From the NCBI GenBank assembly GCA_036630325.1, contig CP142732.1:248001-312000 (forward strand): a stretch of DNA of 64,000 nucleotides. Reading direction: 5' to 3'. Each line of letters begins with the position of its first letter. The first letter of the stretch is position 1. The stretch is from Vairimorpha necatrix. Its lineage: Eukaryota. Shown piece by piece: positions 24,301-37,988 of the stretch. Position numbers and translations under genes: made by a program. The notes beneath the pieces are model-generated. The model did no database searches, was not told where the DNA came from, and saw only the letters and a program-made list of their open reading frames with translations.

Positions 24301-25508
24301 GAATTATAGTGATGAAAGACAAGAAGGTGGAATTTAAAAAATTTGTGCTTGAGTTAAGCAAGAATGAAGGAAAGAAATTATTATTTTATAATTTAAAATG
24401 AAAATTTAAAGTCAATAGGTTTAAAGAAGTAGTTGAAGAGGTGACTAAAGGTTGACACAGATGTATGGTAAATAGAAGAAATTATAGTAAGGCAAGAGTA
24501 CAAGAGAAAATTGTGTCAAATGCAAAATTTGACAAGGTTTGCGTAGATATTTATGGACCGTTTTGTTTAGAGGATTATAAGGGAGAATTTGAAAGAAGGA
24601 ATGGATATTTATTACTAATAGTTGACATGTATACAAGGTATACCGGGATATTTTTAGCGAGGAATTAGTAGTAAGAATACAATTGAATGTTTAAAGACTT
24701 GGTGTGTTAAGATAGGAACACCTAGAGGCGTTATTAGTGACAATGGACGTCAATTTGTTAGTAAAGAGATAAGTAAGTTTTATATCAGTAAAGATATTAA
24801 ACACATACTAACTCCAGTATATCAGCCTGGATTCAACGTAATTGTAGAACGAATGAATCAGCACGTTTCGGCGCTGCTAAGAATATACAAAGATGAATAT
24901 TTACATTTGATCATAAAAAGAAATGAGCATAAAATTAATAACAATTATAATAGCGGAATAAAGTGTGCCCCAATTAAGTTAGTACAAGGAATAAACTTTT
25001 ACGATCCTTATGGTAGAGAAATTAGGCAGAGCGCGTAAAAGGAGTAAAGGAAAGTGAGAAAAAAAGCACAAAAGAATAAAGGTCGATGATGAAGTATATC
25101 TGATGAATTTTGGTTGCAAGAAAATAGACCAGAAATATGGACCTTTCAGTTTAGAAGAAGTTGGTGAGAAAGGCGTATGGCTAAAATTAAGAGACAACGA
25201 TCAATGGTTTCATATAAACCAAGTAAAATTTTAAGGAGGAGTAGAATGTCATGGCCTGATGCTATGTCAAGAATTTTTGATATTTAATTTTTATCAAAAA
25301 TTTCATTAACCATATTTTACAAAAAATATTTAAATAAAAATTTCAAAAGAAGGGTAAGACGAAATGAGGAGAAATGAAATTAATCAAGAGAGGCCTAGAC
25401 CAGGACAAGGGTCAAGATATAATGAGTTTGACAATTTTAAAAATAAAAGTATTATTAGTATTTTAGAGAACTATTTTAAAGACGGGTGTTATCCCCGTGG
25501 GCATGACA
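21385..25508 (+). mobile_element. Decayed Ty3/Gypsy element, 5'-truncated (PR-RT-RH-IN), 3' LTR 25247-25508
   Basis: LVDCGAT protease, YIDD RT, VDIYGP and SDNG integrase remnants; PPT AAGGAGGAGTAGAA, then TGTCATG...CATGACA. Confidence 0.88.
22492..23496 (+). mobile_element. Merlin transposon, pseudogene
   Basis: TIR GGA.CAGGTACCCTACGTCCCC; TSD AAAATTAC; HSDEWKAY and HTQHVES remnants. Confidence 0.92.
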
Positions 25509-25761
25509 GTATTCTTTTATTAATTTAGATGCCTCTTTTTCTTTCGTCCCACCTCAATTTATATAGCTGAGCCATGACTGGTTCGCTATCTCCTGTGTTG
25601 ATCCTATGATATCCAAATGCGTGTTTTTAAGGATCTGTCCCGATTCCATGTTAACCTTTCCATTTCCAAATCTTAGGTCAACTTCATACTTGTCCAATAA
25701 TGTACATCCTAATATGCAGGGCATGGTGATGTCCCGTGTTACAATAAATTCGTCTTCAAAT

Positions 25762-27548
25762 GGCTGACCGATTTTTCGGCCTTAGGCCGAAAAATCGGTC
25801 TTTCGGCCTAAAATAAATAAAAAAAAAAAAAAAAAAATAAAAAAAAAAATAAAAAAATAAAAAAAATAAATAAAAAAATAAAAAAATAAAAAAAATAAAT
25901 AAAAAAATAAAAAAAATAAATAAAAAAATAAAAAAAAAATAAATAAAAATTAAATAAAAAAAAAATAAATAAAAATTAAATAAATAAAAATTAAATAAAA
26001 ATAAATCAAAAAAAATAAATAATAATAAAAAAAAATAAATAATATAAAAAAACAATAAAACTAAACATAATAACTAATATTAATTTAATAATGTAAAAGG
26101 GTATTCAAGAGTAGATGAAATTTGAAATAAATAATCAAGCGCGTCTATGGTTTCAAAATTGGATACAATATCATATATATATTTCTCTTATATATTTTTA
26201 CACTTTTCATTTACTTTAAAGAACTTGTAATAAGCGCGTAGAATTTTTTGCCTGCTTTTCAAATGCTCCTCATGTAACCTTTCTCCAAAAACACCCAAAT
26301 CCGGATTTGCTACAGTAAAAAGATTATCAAGCGATCTATGAAATCCTTCTAAACTATTCGTAGTTCTTGGTAACTTATGTAATACTCGGTTTTAAACATT
26401 CCAAAATAAAATCTCTTCTGCGTCAATGTCAATATAATTTTTAAATACAAATCCTAAAATTGTTTCATATCTCTTTCTATCACTCCTTGACATAAGCTTT
26501 TCTTTAATCAGACCAAAATAATTTAGAACCTCAATAGGTTTAACAAAACTTAACGCTAAAATCCTTCTTATATTCATTTTAAAAGCGAATACATTTTGAT
26601 ACAACGTGCTCACTTTCAACTCTTGCACTTTCCTATAAATAATCTGGGAAAAATGAAAATTGCACCCATAGAAAACTGCGGCAGGAAAAGCTGTTTTGAA
26701 AGCTTTTCTTGGTGCTAATTCAAAATCTAAATTAAAACATTTAGGGTTAAAATTTGGTGCTTTTTCCACTATAAAATCACATATTTTCTTATATGATGCC
26801 TCATTTTTTTTTAACATTAGTATAAATACCAAAGGAATGTACTTAGTATTGATATACGCGACTAGAGTATAGAGTTGCTTGAACTTAGATGGAGCAAACT
26901 TGAAAGTACCAATCATTAAAACAGTTTTAGTATTCTCAAGGTGAATTAAATTTTCTAGCGTGCAAAGAATCACGACTCTTTCCTTATCTTCTATCCCAGA
27001 ATCAAATTGCACAAATAATTCGCCTGTAGGCAAATATTTAATTGAATTCGGGATATCAGTTTTATCGGGAGTTGAGTAACTATGCCTCCCGTTTCGCATT
27101 CTCTTAATTCTATCCCTAATACTAAAGATATGAGGTGTTTTTTCTAAAGCTTCATTAGAATATTCTTTCAACGCGTCAAAAATTATAATTCTTGGCGCCT
27201 CGGCAGTTTCCTAAGCCCGTTTTAAGATTTGACCGTAGGAATATTCGAATTTATTTTTGTCGAAATCAGGCTCGTGGTTGTGGGGGGTAACGCTTAAAAA
27301 ACTACAATCTAAATTTGTATGAAGTTTTGAAGTGCAGTTTTCTGCTCTACATCTTCATATTATTTTTTCTTTTCCGTTATATCTGAAATTATACGCATGT
27401 CCTGCACATAATATCTTTCTTCCTCCTCTTTTGGAACGAACTTCACACAGTTCTTCGTGGGATAAATTATCCATTGGGGTATTTTAAAATAATTTTTTTT
27501 GGGCCGAAAGACCGATTTTTCGGCCTAAGGCCGAAAAATCGGCTTGCC
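25762..27548 (-). mobile_element. Mutator-like transposon, transposase pseudogene ~26090-27474
   Basis: Palindromic TIRs CCGATTTTTCGGCCT(T/A)AGGCCGAAAAATCGG; GTFKFAP..KQLYT, LDFE, GCNFHFSQ and RTTNSLEGFH motifs. Confidence 0.9.
25810..26060. repeat. A-rich low-complexity tract (AAAAAAAT-like units) inside the MULE 3' end
   Basis: About 250 bp of almost pure A/T. Confidence 0.9.
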
Positions 27549-27926
27549 TTCATACTTGTCCAATAATGTACATCCTAATATGCAGGGCATGGTGATGTCC
27601 CGTGTTACAATAAATTCGTCTTCAAATATGTATCCTTCTATTTTCATTTTAAGGAGCGTTTCCCCTATGATTCTTATCTTTGACCCGTTGGCCGCCCGTA
27701 ATTGATGATTGTCTCTAGTCAATCTCGTTTTGACTTTGAGATGTTCCGGCCTAATCAAATTAACTTCTGCACCTGTATCTAATAATACATTAAACGGCCG
27801 TTTATTGTCTTCAAGTGTAGCCATCTTAACAGTGGGTCAAGTCCTAAAGCTATTTAATAACCTACAATTAAAATTTAATTTATTCAAGTTCTCTTCTTTC
27901 ACTTCTATCTCATCATTCCCTTGTGG

Positions 27927-29134
27927 GGCGCAACGGTCTGTGCCCGAACTTTTTTTCTCTCTAAGGGTCCCCCCTAGAGAGAAACGAAAAAAAAATAAAA
28001 CTAAAATTGCATTTTATTCTAAGAATATTTTGATAATTTTTATAAAGAACTCTCAAGAACTTTTGATGTTTATATAAATGGCATACCTTCTTCATCATTT
28101 AAATTCTTCCATTAAAAATCTGGGATTCCACTTTCATTAATCCCTTTTCTAGCTATTAGATCACATTTAAGATGCGACCAGACTCCCTCTATTAACTTTG
28201 TGGTTTCACCTGCTTCCTTTTTAAAGCCTCCATCATGAATTACAACGCGATGATCACCGCTGATAGATTCTACTGCTTCGGGATGAGATTTATGTCCATC
28301 AGTTTTGCATATCGTGTCGTTTTTATGTATTTTTTAAAAAACCGAGTCATCGTCTGTATAGTCCGGTTAGGTACTATTTCGATTCTCAGTTCTAACGTTC
28401 GCTCGTCTATCGTCCCAACCAACCACGACAAATTTTTGACTGTGACATATCTTTCTGAAGAAGATTTGACAAATTTTCCCTTTGCTATAACCATTTCATC
28501 GGTCTATGTCACTTCTTCAAATCCACCATTTTTTTTTGGTAATTGTAATTTTCCATTTTCAGTGATTCGTAAATTTTTTAGCTCTAAAAACACTGGAAGC
28601 AGACACGCGGCAATTTTCGTTTGAGTTAAGTGTAGACCGTTTTTCAGCGAACGAATACAGAATATACAAATAATTATGTATAGGTATTCGGGGATTAGAA
28701 AAGGCAGTTTTATCAAAAACACCGATTGATGTTTCACACCCCGTCTTTCCCCTACACTAAACCAGTGGCAGTCTATGTACGAATCGTCTGGTGTTAAAGA
28801 CATTGTCCCAGAACAATTCGTACATTCTATTGTTGTTTTTATAAATTTTCATCCACTAGCCAACATATTGCCTCATGTGGGTCTTGGAAGATTTTTGACC
28901 TACTGTCAAGCGGCTTCCGACATACCATAAGGGTAATATATTTTTGAAAAAATCATCAAAAAAACAAAAATGTTTATAACTCAAGAAATATTTATCCGAA
29001 TGAAATTTAAACAAATCTGTAAAATTTCGACTCTTGGGGATATGGTTCGTAAAAAACATTTCCCCACTTTACGGTCTGTCCCCGGATTCAGTACGTAAAA
29101 TATTATGTAAAGTTCGGGCACAGACCGTTGCGCC
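27927..29134 (-). mobile_element. Merlin transposon, pseudogene
   Basis: TIR GGCGCAACGGTCTGTGCCCGAACTT; TSD CCTTGTGG; WLVGTIDE and IEGVWSHLK remnants. Confidence 0.92.
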
Positions 29135-30266
29135 CCTTGTGGTATACTAACCTTTCTAACTTGTTTCTGCACCTTAAAGCTTTTCTTTAAACTGTTGAAA
29201 CGACATTTAGAGACCACATGCCCTGACTCGCTACAGACAAACTTCTAATTTTTGGATGTCTTAATTTTTTACTATTAACTTTGTTTCTTATTGCTTCGAT
29301 TTTAACTTCTTGACAGTATGAAAATGCTATCTGGTTTCGCTCGGTCTCTCTCGTATCTTTGAATTCTTTAATGAATCATGGATGTATTTCCACGTAAGGC
29401 ACTCTTTGTTGTTAATAAGCACGATGTTAGCAAGATTATTCGGCAGACCATTCAATGTAAACGCTACCAGGACTTGTTCTGGTACATTTCCATTCCTCGC
29501 TATGGCATTTATTCTGTCGAGGCAGTTCAGAATAGATCCTCCCGTATGCTTCAATGCTGCAAGTTTTTCCGAACTATCCTTCAATATAATACTACTGACA
29601 AATCTCTGCTTGAATCTATCTATTAGTCCACCCAAATCTAGCCCTACTGGTTTGGCCATTATCCAATCTTTTGCCTCTTCCCTAAGAGACATCTTGAATG
29701 TAAGTAACAGCTTACCCTCGCTGTAATTATTCAACCTGCCCACTTCCATTAAGTCCTCTATGAACTGTTGTGGGTCGTCTTTCTCTTTATTTCTGAAGAA
29801 TAAAAGAATATTTTTGTCGCTTTTCACCAAATTTGTTGGGACAAAACATGAGTTTCTTTTTATGTAATTATTTAAAAGATCAGATGTCAATCATATCAAC
29901 TCGATAATATATTTGACATTGGCATCGTCATTGACATATGTTCCTACAAATACCTTTATAACAGGACAATTCGTACATTCTATGGCTGTTTTTGTGATGT
30001 ACATTACTACACCACATAAGCAGTTGTCAATACTATCAGCCGATGAAGATCTCACGTGACCTATCAAGATGAGTCGAACAAACAAACGAAGGTTCATGGT
30101 CATTACAACATTCGTAATGTGGTATTAACCACATGAGTGATTGACACGTTGAGATGTCAATAATCTCAACGATTTTTCTAGAAATTATTTTTGTATAAAT
30201 AAAAATAATTCGTTAGGGGCAAGTATTTTAGAAAGAATAAATAACAACAAAAATAACAATAAATAT

Positions 30267-31422
30267 GGTTAAATTGCGATGTTACCCCCCCCCCTAAAAA
30301 AATAAAAAAAAGGGGGAAAAAGGGGAAAAAATAAAAAAAGGGGAAAAAATAAAAAAAAGGGGAAACAAAATTTATTCAATTAATTTAAAATCAAATTCGG
30401 GCGCTAAATCGTAATTTAAAAATGATATATTATTATTCTCAAAAAAGCATAACATTCTTTCAAGTAGAGATTCTCTATAAATTAACTTAAAACGAGCCAT
30501 ATAAAGTTTTCGAATGAGATTCATCAAAGAACCATGGCTTGTTCCTTCTTTGCGCAATTCCCTTTTAATTACAGCCCACATTCCCTCAATTGTTTGGGTG
30601 TGGGCGCCTGTTGTTATATTTACAAAATTTTGGCTATGATTTACAGTTAAATGTAAATAGTTATAATCCGGACATAGTTCCGAAAACCTTTCATAACCCC
30701 GCCAACAATCAGTAATAATTGTAGATCCACGTGCGATTTTTCGTTTTATTAAATCGACAAGAGTAGTTCTTGATCGATTTTCAACAATTACGAAAAAAAA
30801 GAATTGCTGCCTCCTCGTACAACTCCACCAACGGCTCAAACTTAATATTGAAGGATTCTACCGTTATGGTTTTTACTTTTAACAAGCAATGTCTCGTCTA
30901 TTTCAACTACGCAATTTAAACCTCCTATGTTTTTGTTACGGAGGTAGTTGAAATAGGATAAAAATACAGCGTTATTAAAACATGTAAACCAGCGAGATAT
31001 GCTACTACTATCTATATCCAATTTGATAGTGGCCGAAACATTGCTTACACCTTTAACCCATTCACACAGCAAAATTAAAATATTTTCGATATCTAATCTA
31101 GTACTTTTAAAAATGCTTTCTTTGTAAATGTTACCTTTGTTTGAGCATTTTCTCCCATTTCGTCGTAAGTAACAACGATATTTGTCCAAATTATTTCTAA
31201 TTTTGGTCATGGGTGTCATGCACTTATTGCTTATTGGTACCTTTAATATATTTTGTTCAAGAAGAAATAAAAATAATTCCTCTTTTTTATATATTAATTT
31301 TCTAAAATTCTTTATGTTCATTTTAGGTATAATTTTATTCCTTTTTTAGTTTTGTCTTTTTTTTATTTTCCCCCCCCCTTTTTTATTTTTTTAGGGGGGG
31401 GGGGTAACATCGCAATTTAACC
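30267..31422 (-). mobile_element. Merlin transposon (MNIKNFRK family), ORF pieces 30372-30839 and 30842-31321
   Basis: TIR GGTTAAATTGCGATGTTACCCCC with subterminal A/G tandem repeats; no matching TSD. Confidence 0.93.
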
Positions 31423-34400
31423 CTTGTTTCTTTTATTTATTATGACAAAGATTATCTTCTTTTCTATTGTTCTCTCTACCATCCCAAAACACCAAACCCC
31501 CTTATCTAATCTTCCTCTGTGTTATTCATTCTTACCTATTTTACTTTCATCGACCTCCACTATAGTATTTTCGCCTCCTATTTGCTTTGTTTTATTTATA
31601 AATTTCTCATAAATTTTTAATTTATATAATTTCTCAAGTGTAAAAGTTACATTTTGTATGTTACAGTCTAAACTTTAAGAAATATGCGCTACTTTAAGTC
31701 CCATTGTCCATAGATTAACAATTTTCAGCATAAAAATATGATCTATCTTACTATTTGAAAATAGAGTATTATTCCATATTGAAAAACTGTGGCCGCATTT
31801 GGGGAAGTTACTGTGGTGTTACCACCAGGGAGGAGGCCTGTTCGTAAGTAGCATTCTATGATGCTCCTCCCTGAAATATTACTTGTAGTGTTTTTGTAAA
31901 TTAATTGTTTATTTAAATTCCCCCGTGGGCTAGTGGTTCCTCATGTGGGGGGGGTAAGGCATGAGAGGCCTTCCCGATGTTGTCGAAATTGTCTCTGTTT
32001 TCATTTCTTCTCATCTTGCAAATATTGGGGTAAGATAAAAAGAAAATATTTAAATCAAAATATTTTCTAGAAAATTCATTTGGAGGGTAAAATAAATAAA
32101 AACAAATAATGTGGTAATTAATACCACATACTACCTCCTCCAACAGATTTGACATTCCTTATGTGCGTCCACCTATAATTCCCATCAAGCTTCACCCAGA
32201 ATCCTTTACGCTCTACTTCCAATATTCTTCGCGGTTCGAATTCGAATTTAGGGTCTAATTTGTTAGCATGGAATTTTACCTTATATACTAGGTCGCCTTT
32301 TGCATATTTATTTTTAAACACTTTGTGTTTCAATTTTGATGTAACTTCCTTCTTTAAGTTAAACCTATCATAAAAATTACTTCCCAAGATTATGTTCATG
32401 GGAAATGTTCCTATTGTTCTATTATAATTGATATTTAAAACGTCCTCTGCTCTTTTGACCACACCACATATATTCTTTTCTTTATTCAAAGCCATTGTAA
32501 AGACTATAGTCCTATTTAATCGCTCAGAGACTCCATTACTGCTAGGAGTGTATTCAGGAACAAGTATTTGTCTTACATTATTTTCTTGGCATTATTTAGT
32601 AACTGACATGTTAACAAATTGTTTTCCATTATCTGAGATTATTACTTAGGAGCTGTGTATTCCTTTGTCCATTGTTGAATCATTTGAATAACGTCACTCG
32701 CTTTAATTCTTTCAAAGAAGTATAGTTTGGTCAATTTTGAATAAATGTCAGTTATTGACAATGTATTTCCTGTCTCTTTCACACAGTCGTTTTGGAATTC
32801 AGAAACATTAAATGGACCAATAATGTCTATTGAGATTCTTTCAAACTTATTTTCGGATATGATTTTATTATCAATGTCATGAATGTACCGGTTAATTTTT
32901 AATCTGTAACACATGCCGCAAGTTCTTGTTCCCTCAAGTATCAAAAGGAATAAGTTCTTTATTTGACATAGTTTTTTATGTTATTATACATGGTAGTAAT
33001 TCCTCTATGTCCAGACAATTTATGTATCTGTTCCAGCAGGTTTTCATATTTATTCCGATAAACGACAACACGTTTGTTTTTGTCGATTATTAATTTTCCA
33101 TTTCGTGTTTTAATAGCACATTTGTCAATCAGTTCGTCATACTCTGTCTTAACGTTCAAGTTTTCCATGTATAAGCATCGCGACAAACTGTCGGCGATGA
33201 TGTTTTTATCTCCATCGATATGAATAATTTTAATATTAAATTCATTCATCAATAAGCGCCACCTTTCAAGCCTGGATGTTTTCTTTTGGTTGCCGTGTAC
33301 ACAGTTTCTACTATCTGTGTATATCTCAATGTAGCAACCTTAAATAATGGTTTTGAAATGTATAGATGCTAAAACTATTGCTAAATATTCCTTTTATACT
33401 ATGGTATAATTTAATTCAGGACCATTTAATTTCTTGGAATAATAACCTATTACCCGATCTTCTTGTTTTAAGACCGCCCCAAGGCGTACATCTGAGGCAT
33501 CGCACTCTAGTATAATTTTTTTGAATAATCTGGAAAGGAAAGTTTTGCTCCTTCTAAAAATTTTTTTTTGATTTCGTTAATTATGGATTTTGCCTTTTCA
33601 CTTAAGCTTAGTTTTTTATTGTTTTGTTTTAACATATTACTTACTTCGTAAATTCTCGTTGATAATTTAGTACAAATTTATGTACCAGTTTATTACTCCC
33701 ATCAATTTTTGTACGTCTTTCCTGGTTGAGTTCTCTTTATTAAATATTTTGTTATACAAACTCTTAAGGTTCGGATAAATGCCTTCCTTATCAATTTTAT
33801 ATCCCACTACACTTATTTCTTGGTGGAAAAATTTACTCTTATCAAAATTTATCTTCACGTGTTTATCATGCAACGTGTCCAAGATAGTTTCAAGAGTTTT
33901 AACGTGCTCTTCTTTTGTTAAAGTGTAAATGACCATGTCATCCATATAAACAAAACAGTTGGGTATATCAGCCAATATTTCCGCAATGTATCTTTGAAAG
34001 ACTTTAGGGCCTGGTTTTATACCAAAAAGAATCCTCTTGTATTGGTACTGCCGCCCTAACAACATAAATGACGCAAACTTCCTACTTTCTTGACTTATAG
34101 GTATCTGGTTAAAACCATTTTGAAGGTCCAGAGGGCTAAAATATTTGTTTTGGCCCATTGTCCTCAGACAATCGTCTATTTTTGGTAAGATCCATGGGTC
34201 ATCTTCAAGATGTTCATTCATTTTCTTATAATCCACGACCAATCTAAGGTCATTGTTCTTCTTCTTTAAAAAGAATGCGCGGGCGGAAAAGGGTGAGTTA
34301 CTTACTTCGATTATATCTTCCTTAAATAGTCTCGCGACTTCTGCTTTCCCTTGTTCATAGTACTTATGGGGGACACTGTACCCGTATAGTTAAAAACTTT

Positions 34401-36292
34401 TATTGTATTTTTAATGGTAAATGTGGCAGGTTCAACCTGCATTTTTTTAAAACTTTCATTCATAACCATATATTCCTTATTTTTATATTTAAACTTTCCT
34501 TAGCAGCTTGCATAGTGAAACAAATCTTCTCACTAAGACGGTCGTCCAATATTTCGTCGATTGTCTTGTCGCAACCAAGTAGTTTGACTAATTTCTCTCT
34601 GATAATTAGAATTCTCTTACTGAAATCTATTTTACAATCATTATTCTCAAAGAATTCTAGGCCCAAAATAAATTTTACTGGTAGCGCTTTAAGAACGTAA
34701 AAGTCGATTTTATAATCTTCACTTCCAATTTTTACAGTTTCCCTAACAATTTGTGAGAATTCTTCTTCCTCTCCGTTTCCAAATGAGACTCTAATTGGTT
34801 TAGTATCTTTCTTTTTAAATTAAGTTTTTTTACCATATCTTCATGAACGTAGTTTTCATCTGATCTGTTATCTAACATAATGGTCTCAACGGTATTTTTG
34901 ATTCCTGCATTTAGCTGTAAGGCTCTCGAGCCAGTCCGTTTAGTTTCATTTATTATGAACGATTTTCTTTCGTTCTTAGGCTCCTTGGATTCGCCATCTA
35001 ATCTTCGCATATAGCAGTCTCGTGTATTATGAGACTTAAGTCGGCGTATAGAGCACCACTTATTGTTTCTTAAAGTATTGCTAGAGGGGTTCAATTTTTC
35101 TTCCTCGCGATTATTAATAGTACTCGGGGATATGCGTGTTTGCACCAAGGTAGTCTGTAGTACTATCCCCTCTTCTAGCTTCTGAAGGTATTTTATCAAC
35201 TCAGTCAATGAGTAGTTATCTAAATTCTGTTTCAAAATTTCTATAGCAGTAAAATCACCTAGCCCTCTATTGAAAGCTGTAAATAATCGGGCATCAGTTT
35301 CTTTTTTACTCAAACCAAGCATCACTCCATAAACTTCTATGATCTTTTCGATCTCTTCAAAATAGTTGATAATATAAGTAAAATCTACTTGTCTTATCGT
35401 CTCTAATTTCGTCATAAGCAGTCTAACGTCGTTTTTGGAATAAATAATTTTCAGAAGTTCTCCTCGTAGGATCTTATAACTATTACTGGTTAGTTTGTTT
35501 TCCAGCCTTTCATCTTCTATCACAGCATGGTATATGATCCCAATCTGCTCATCATTCCATTCATTGGCCAGTGCCAATGATTCAAATTTTTCGAATTGTT
35601 TTAAATTACAATCTCGTTTCACATTTCAAATTTTTTTTCATCCTTAATTATGACTGCAGTTCCTTATATTTTTTATCAAATAGGATATATTCTTCATTTA
35701 GATCTTCACTTTTCATTTTTTCGTTTGCACTCATCTTCCTATGAGTTTTATCTCTCTCATGAACACTAAATGAGCTCATTGTGGTGTTACACCAGGGAGG
35801 AGGCCTGTTCGTAAGTAGCATTCTTTAATGCTACTCCCTGAAATACTACTTGTAGCATTTTTATTAATTAATTGTTTTTTAAATTCCCCCGAAGCTAGTT
35901 CGGTTCCTCATGTGGGGGGGGGGGTAGGGCTTGAGAAGCCTTCCCATGTTGTCGAAATTGTCTCTGTTTCATTTCTTCTCATCTTGCAAATATTGGGATA
36001 AGATAAAAAAAAAATATTTAAAGCAAAATATTTTCTAAAAAAATCATTTGGAGGGAAAAATAAATAACAAAACAAATAATGTGGTAATTAATACCACAGT
36101 TACATCTCAGATAAGCTGTTTCATTGGATACTCTAAAGGTATTCCAACCAAAAATTGTACATTTCTGCTTATATTTTTTTATTTTGCAGGCTTTCATAAA
36201 AATTTAAAATTTCTTCATTGCTCAGCATTCCCTTCCTTTTTTTAAAAATTTTGACCCCCCCCATTTTTTTTACACTAAAGCTGTTTTTAGCC
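31423..36292 (-). mobile_element. 5' half of a Merlin transposon (31423-31811 + 36099-36292), interrupted by a Gypsy element
   Basis: QIGGENTIVEVDESK and WCFGMVER; terminus ...GCTGTTTTTAGCC; same family as 532-6192. Confidence 0.8.
31812..36098 (-). mobile_element. Full-length Ty3/Gypsy element with frameshifted gag-pol
   Basis: LTRs 31812-32128 and 35780-36098; TSD GTTAC; PPT GGAGGAGGTAGTA; Gag 34732-35622, RT YMDD 33667-34242, integrase pieces 32118-33252. Confidence 0.95.
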
Positions 36293-37988
36293 AACAAAAT
36301 TATAAAACTATAACGAATATTGTAGAGAGTTTTCTCAGTACGAGGAAGGTCCCACTGAGAAATACCACATTGATTTCAATTAGAAAATCTCAGGAGAAAC
36401 AATCTTTATATGAGATACATCAAGATAGATATTGTGAATTTGAATATACGATTAGAGGCACTAATGTAAATATTAAAGAAAAAATTTACAAAATAAATAA
36501 TAAAAAAAAGAAGGTAACTTTCAGCATTTGGAAAAATTCGAAAAAATTGCAAAAAGCAATTGTTGGACAGACCAACAGATGGCCTTAGTATATAAAGTTT
36601 ACTTGGCGATGATACAAAACATAATTTTTAGATGAAATTTATGTAAAATTGAGAAAGGAATTAATTGAAATCATCTACCCGAAATACGAAATATAATTAT
36701 TATGTAAAAGATTGGAAACCATCAAACAGGAAAATTTTAAAACCATTAAATAATATTACAATTAAATTGATCAAAAAATTACCATTTTAAGTAACGTTAA
36801 AAATTATAGCAGTAAAGAGAGGGAAAGAAAAATGAATGAGATCTTAGAAAATAGATTAGGACAATTTACTAGCTTAGAATTGCTGAAACAGAATTTAGAA
36901 GGAGAACCATTAAAAAAATTTTAAAGGACTGTTAAAAAATTAGAAGAAGGAATCGCAATCCAAACCGAGATAAAGAATCTAAAAATTTATGAAACCCCGA
37001 GAGAAGGTAATCACAACAAGAGATATAATGAAGGAAATATTAATTATAACAAGTGGTGTTCGATACATAAATCTCGATCACACAACACTCGAGAATTTTT
37101 TTTAAATCTTAAACAAAATATTAAAAATAACAGAGAGGATAATAGTAAACAAACATATAATAAAACAAGGAATCTAATTATTAACGAAGAAAAATGGAAA
37201 ATCCTAGAAAATATAGAGATTTAAGGAGAGTTTGAGAACAACAAAATTAATTTAATTATTGACACTGGTTCGAATTACAATTACGTCAATACAGAAAATG
37301 TTAATAAATATAAATTAACAGTTGAAGAAACTAAACCCATACTATTAAGATTCGGGGGAGGAAAGAACGAAACTAGCAAAAAGAAAATTACACTAAATGT
37401 TAAAATTGCAAAAGGTCAATTTTAGTAGATTTTTATGTTCTTCAAGAATTATCCGTGCCTTTTATTTTAGGTAATGGTTTTTTAGTGAATAATAGTTGCA
37501 TGATCAATTATAAAAAAAGAATAATTAGTATTAATGAGGATAACATAGTAGCAATGAGTGAAGTGAAAGAACTACAGAAGAGCTATTTAATGATTAACTT
37601 AGTGAAGGGCTGTCTGTCAATTATTTAGGATTAGCCGGAGTTGAATAAAGTTTCAAAGTTTTACATGACCCAAAATTGTAAATTCTCAAGTATAAAAGCG
37701 CCATGTGCAAAATTTTTCATTAAAAATAATATTAAAGTTATACAGTCTAAAGGATACCCTGTACCTGTTAAATATGTACAATAAGGTCGTGAAGAAATAA
37801 ACAGATTACTTAGGGAAGGTATAATCGAGAAAAGTAATTCGTTATTTACTAGTCCGGCATTCTTTATAAAAAAGAAAAATAATGACTTACGACTAGTTGT
37901 AGATCATAAAAAGCTAAATGAAATGTTGGAAGATGACCTTTGGCGTTGCCTAAAATAGATGACTGTTTATTAGAAGATGGGAAAAATC

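Larger units (their letters stand above)
25509..29884 (-). mobile_element. Gypsy gag-protease remnant interrupted by a MULE and a Merlin
   Basis: Gag-like ORF 29327-29890; protease LLDTGAE...ILG at 27525-27824 continuing at 25761 and below. Confidence 0.78.

Noticed and set aside
25756-26055. 99-aa Phe-rich ORF as a membrane protein
   Set aside because: It is just the translation of the A-rich low-complexity tract.
29885-30110. 5' LTR of the minus-strand gag remnant
   Set aside because: There is no partner LTR, PBS or palindrome on that side. It is tentatively assigned to the plus-strand host element and remains unresolved.
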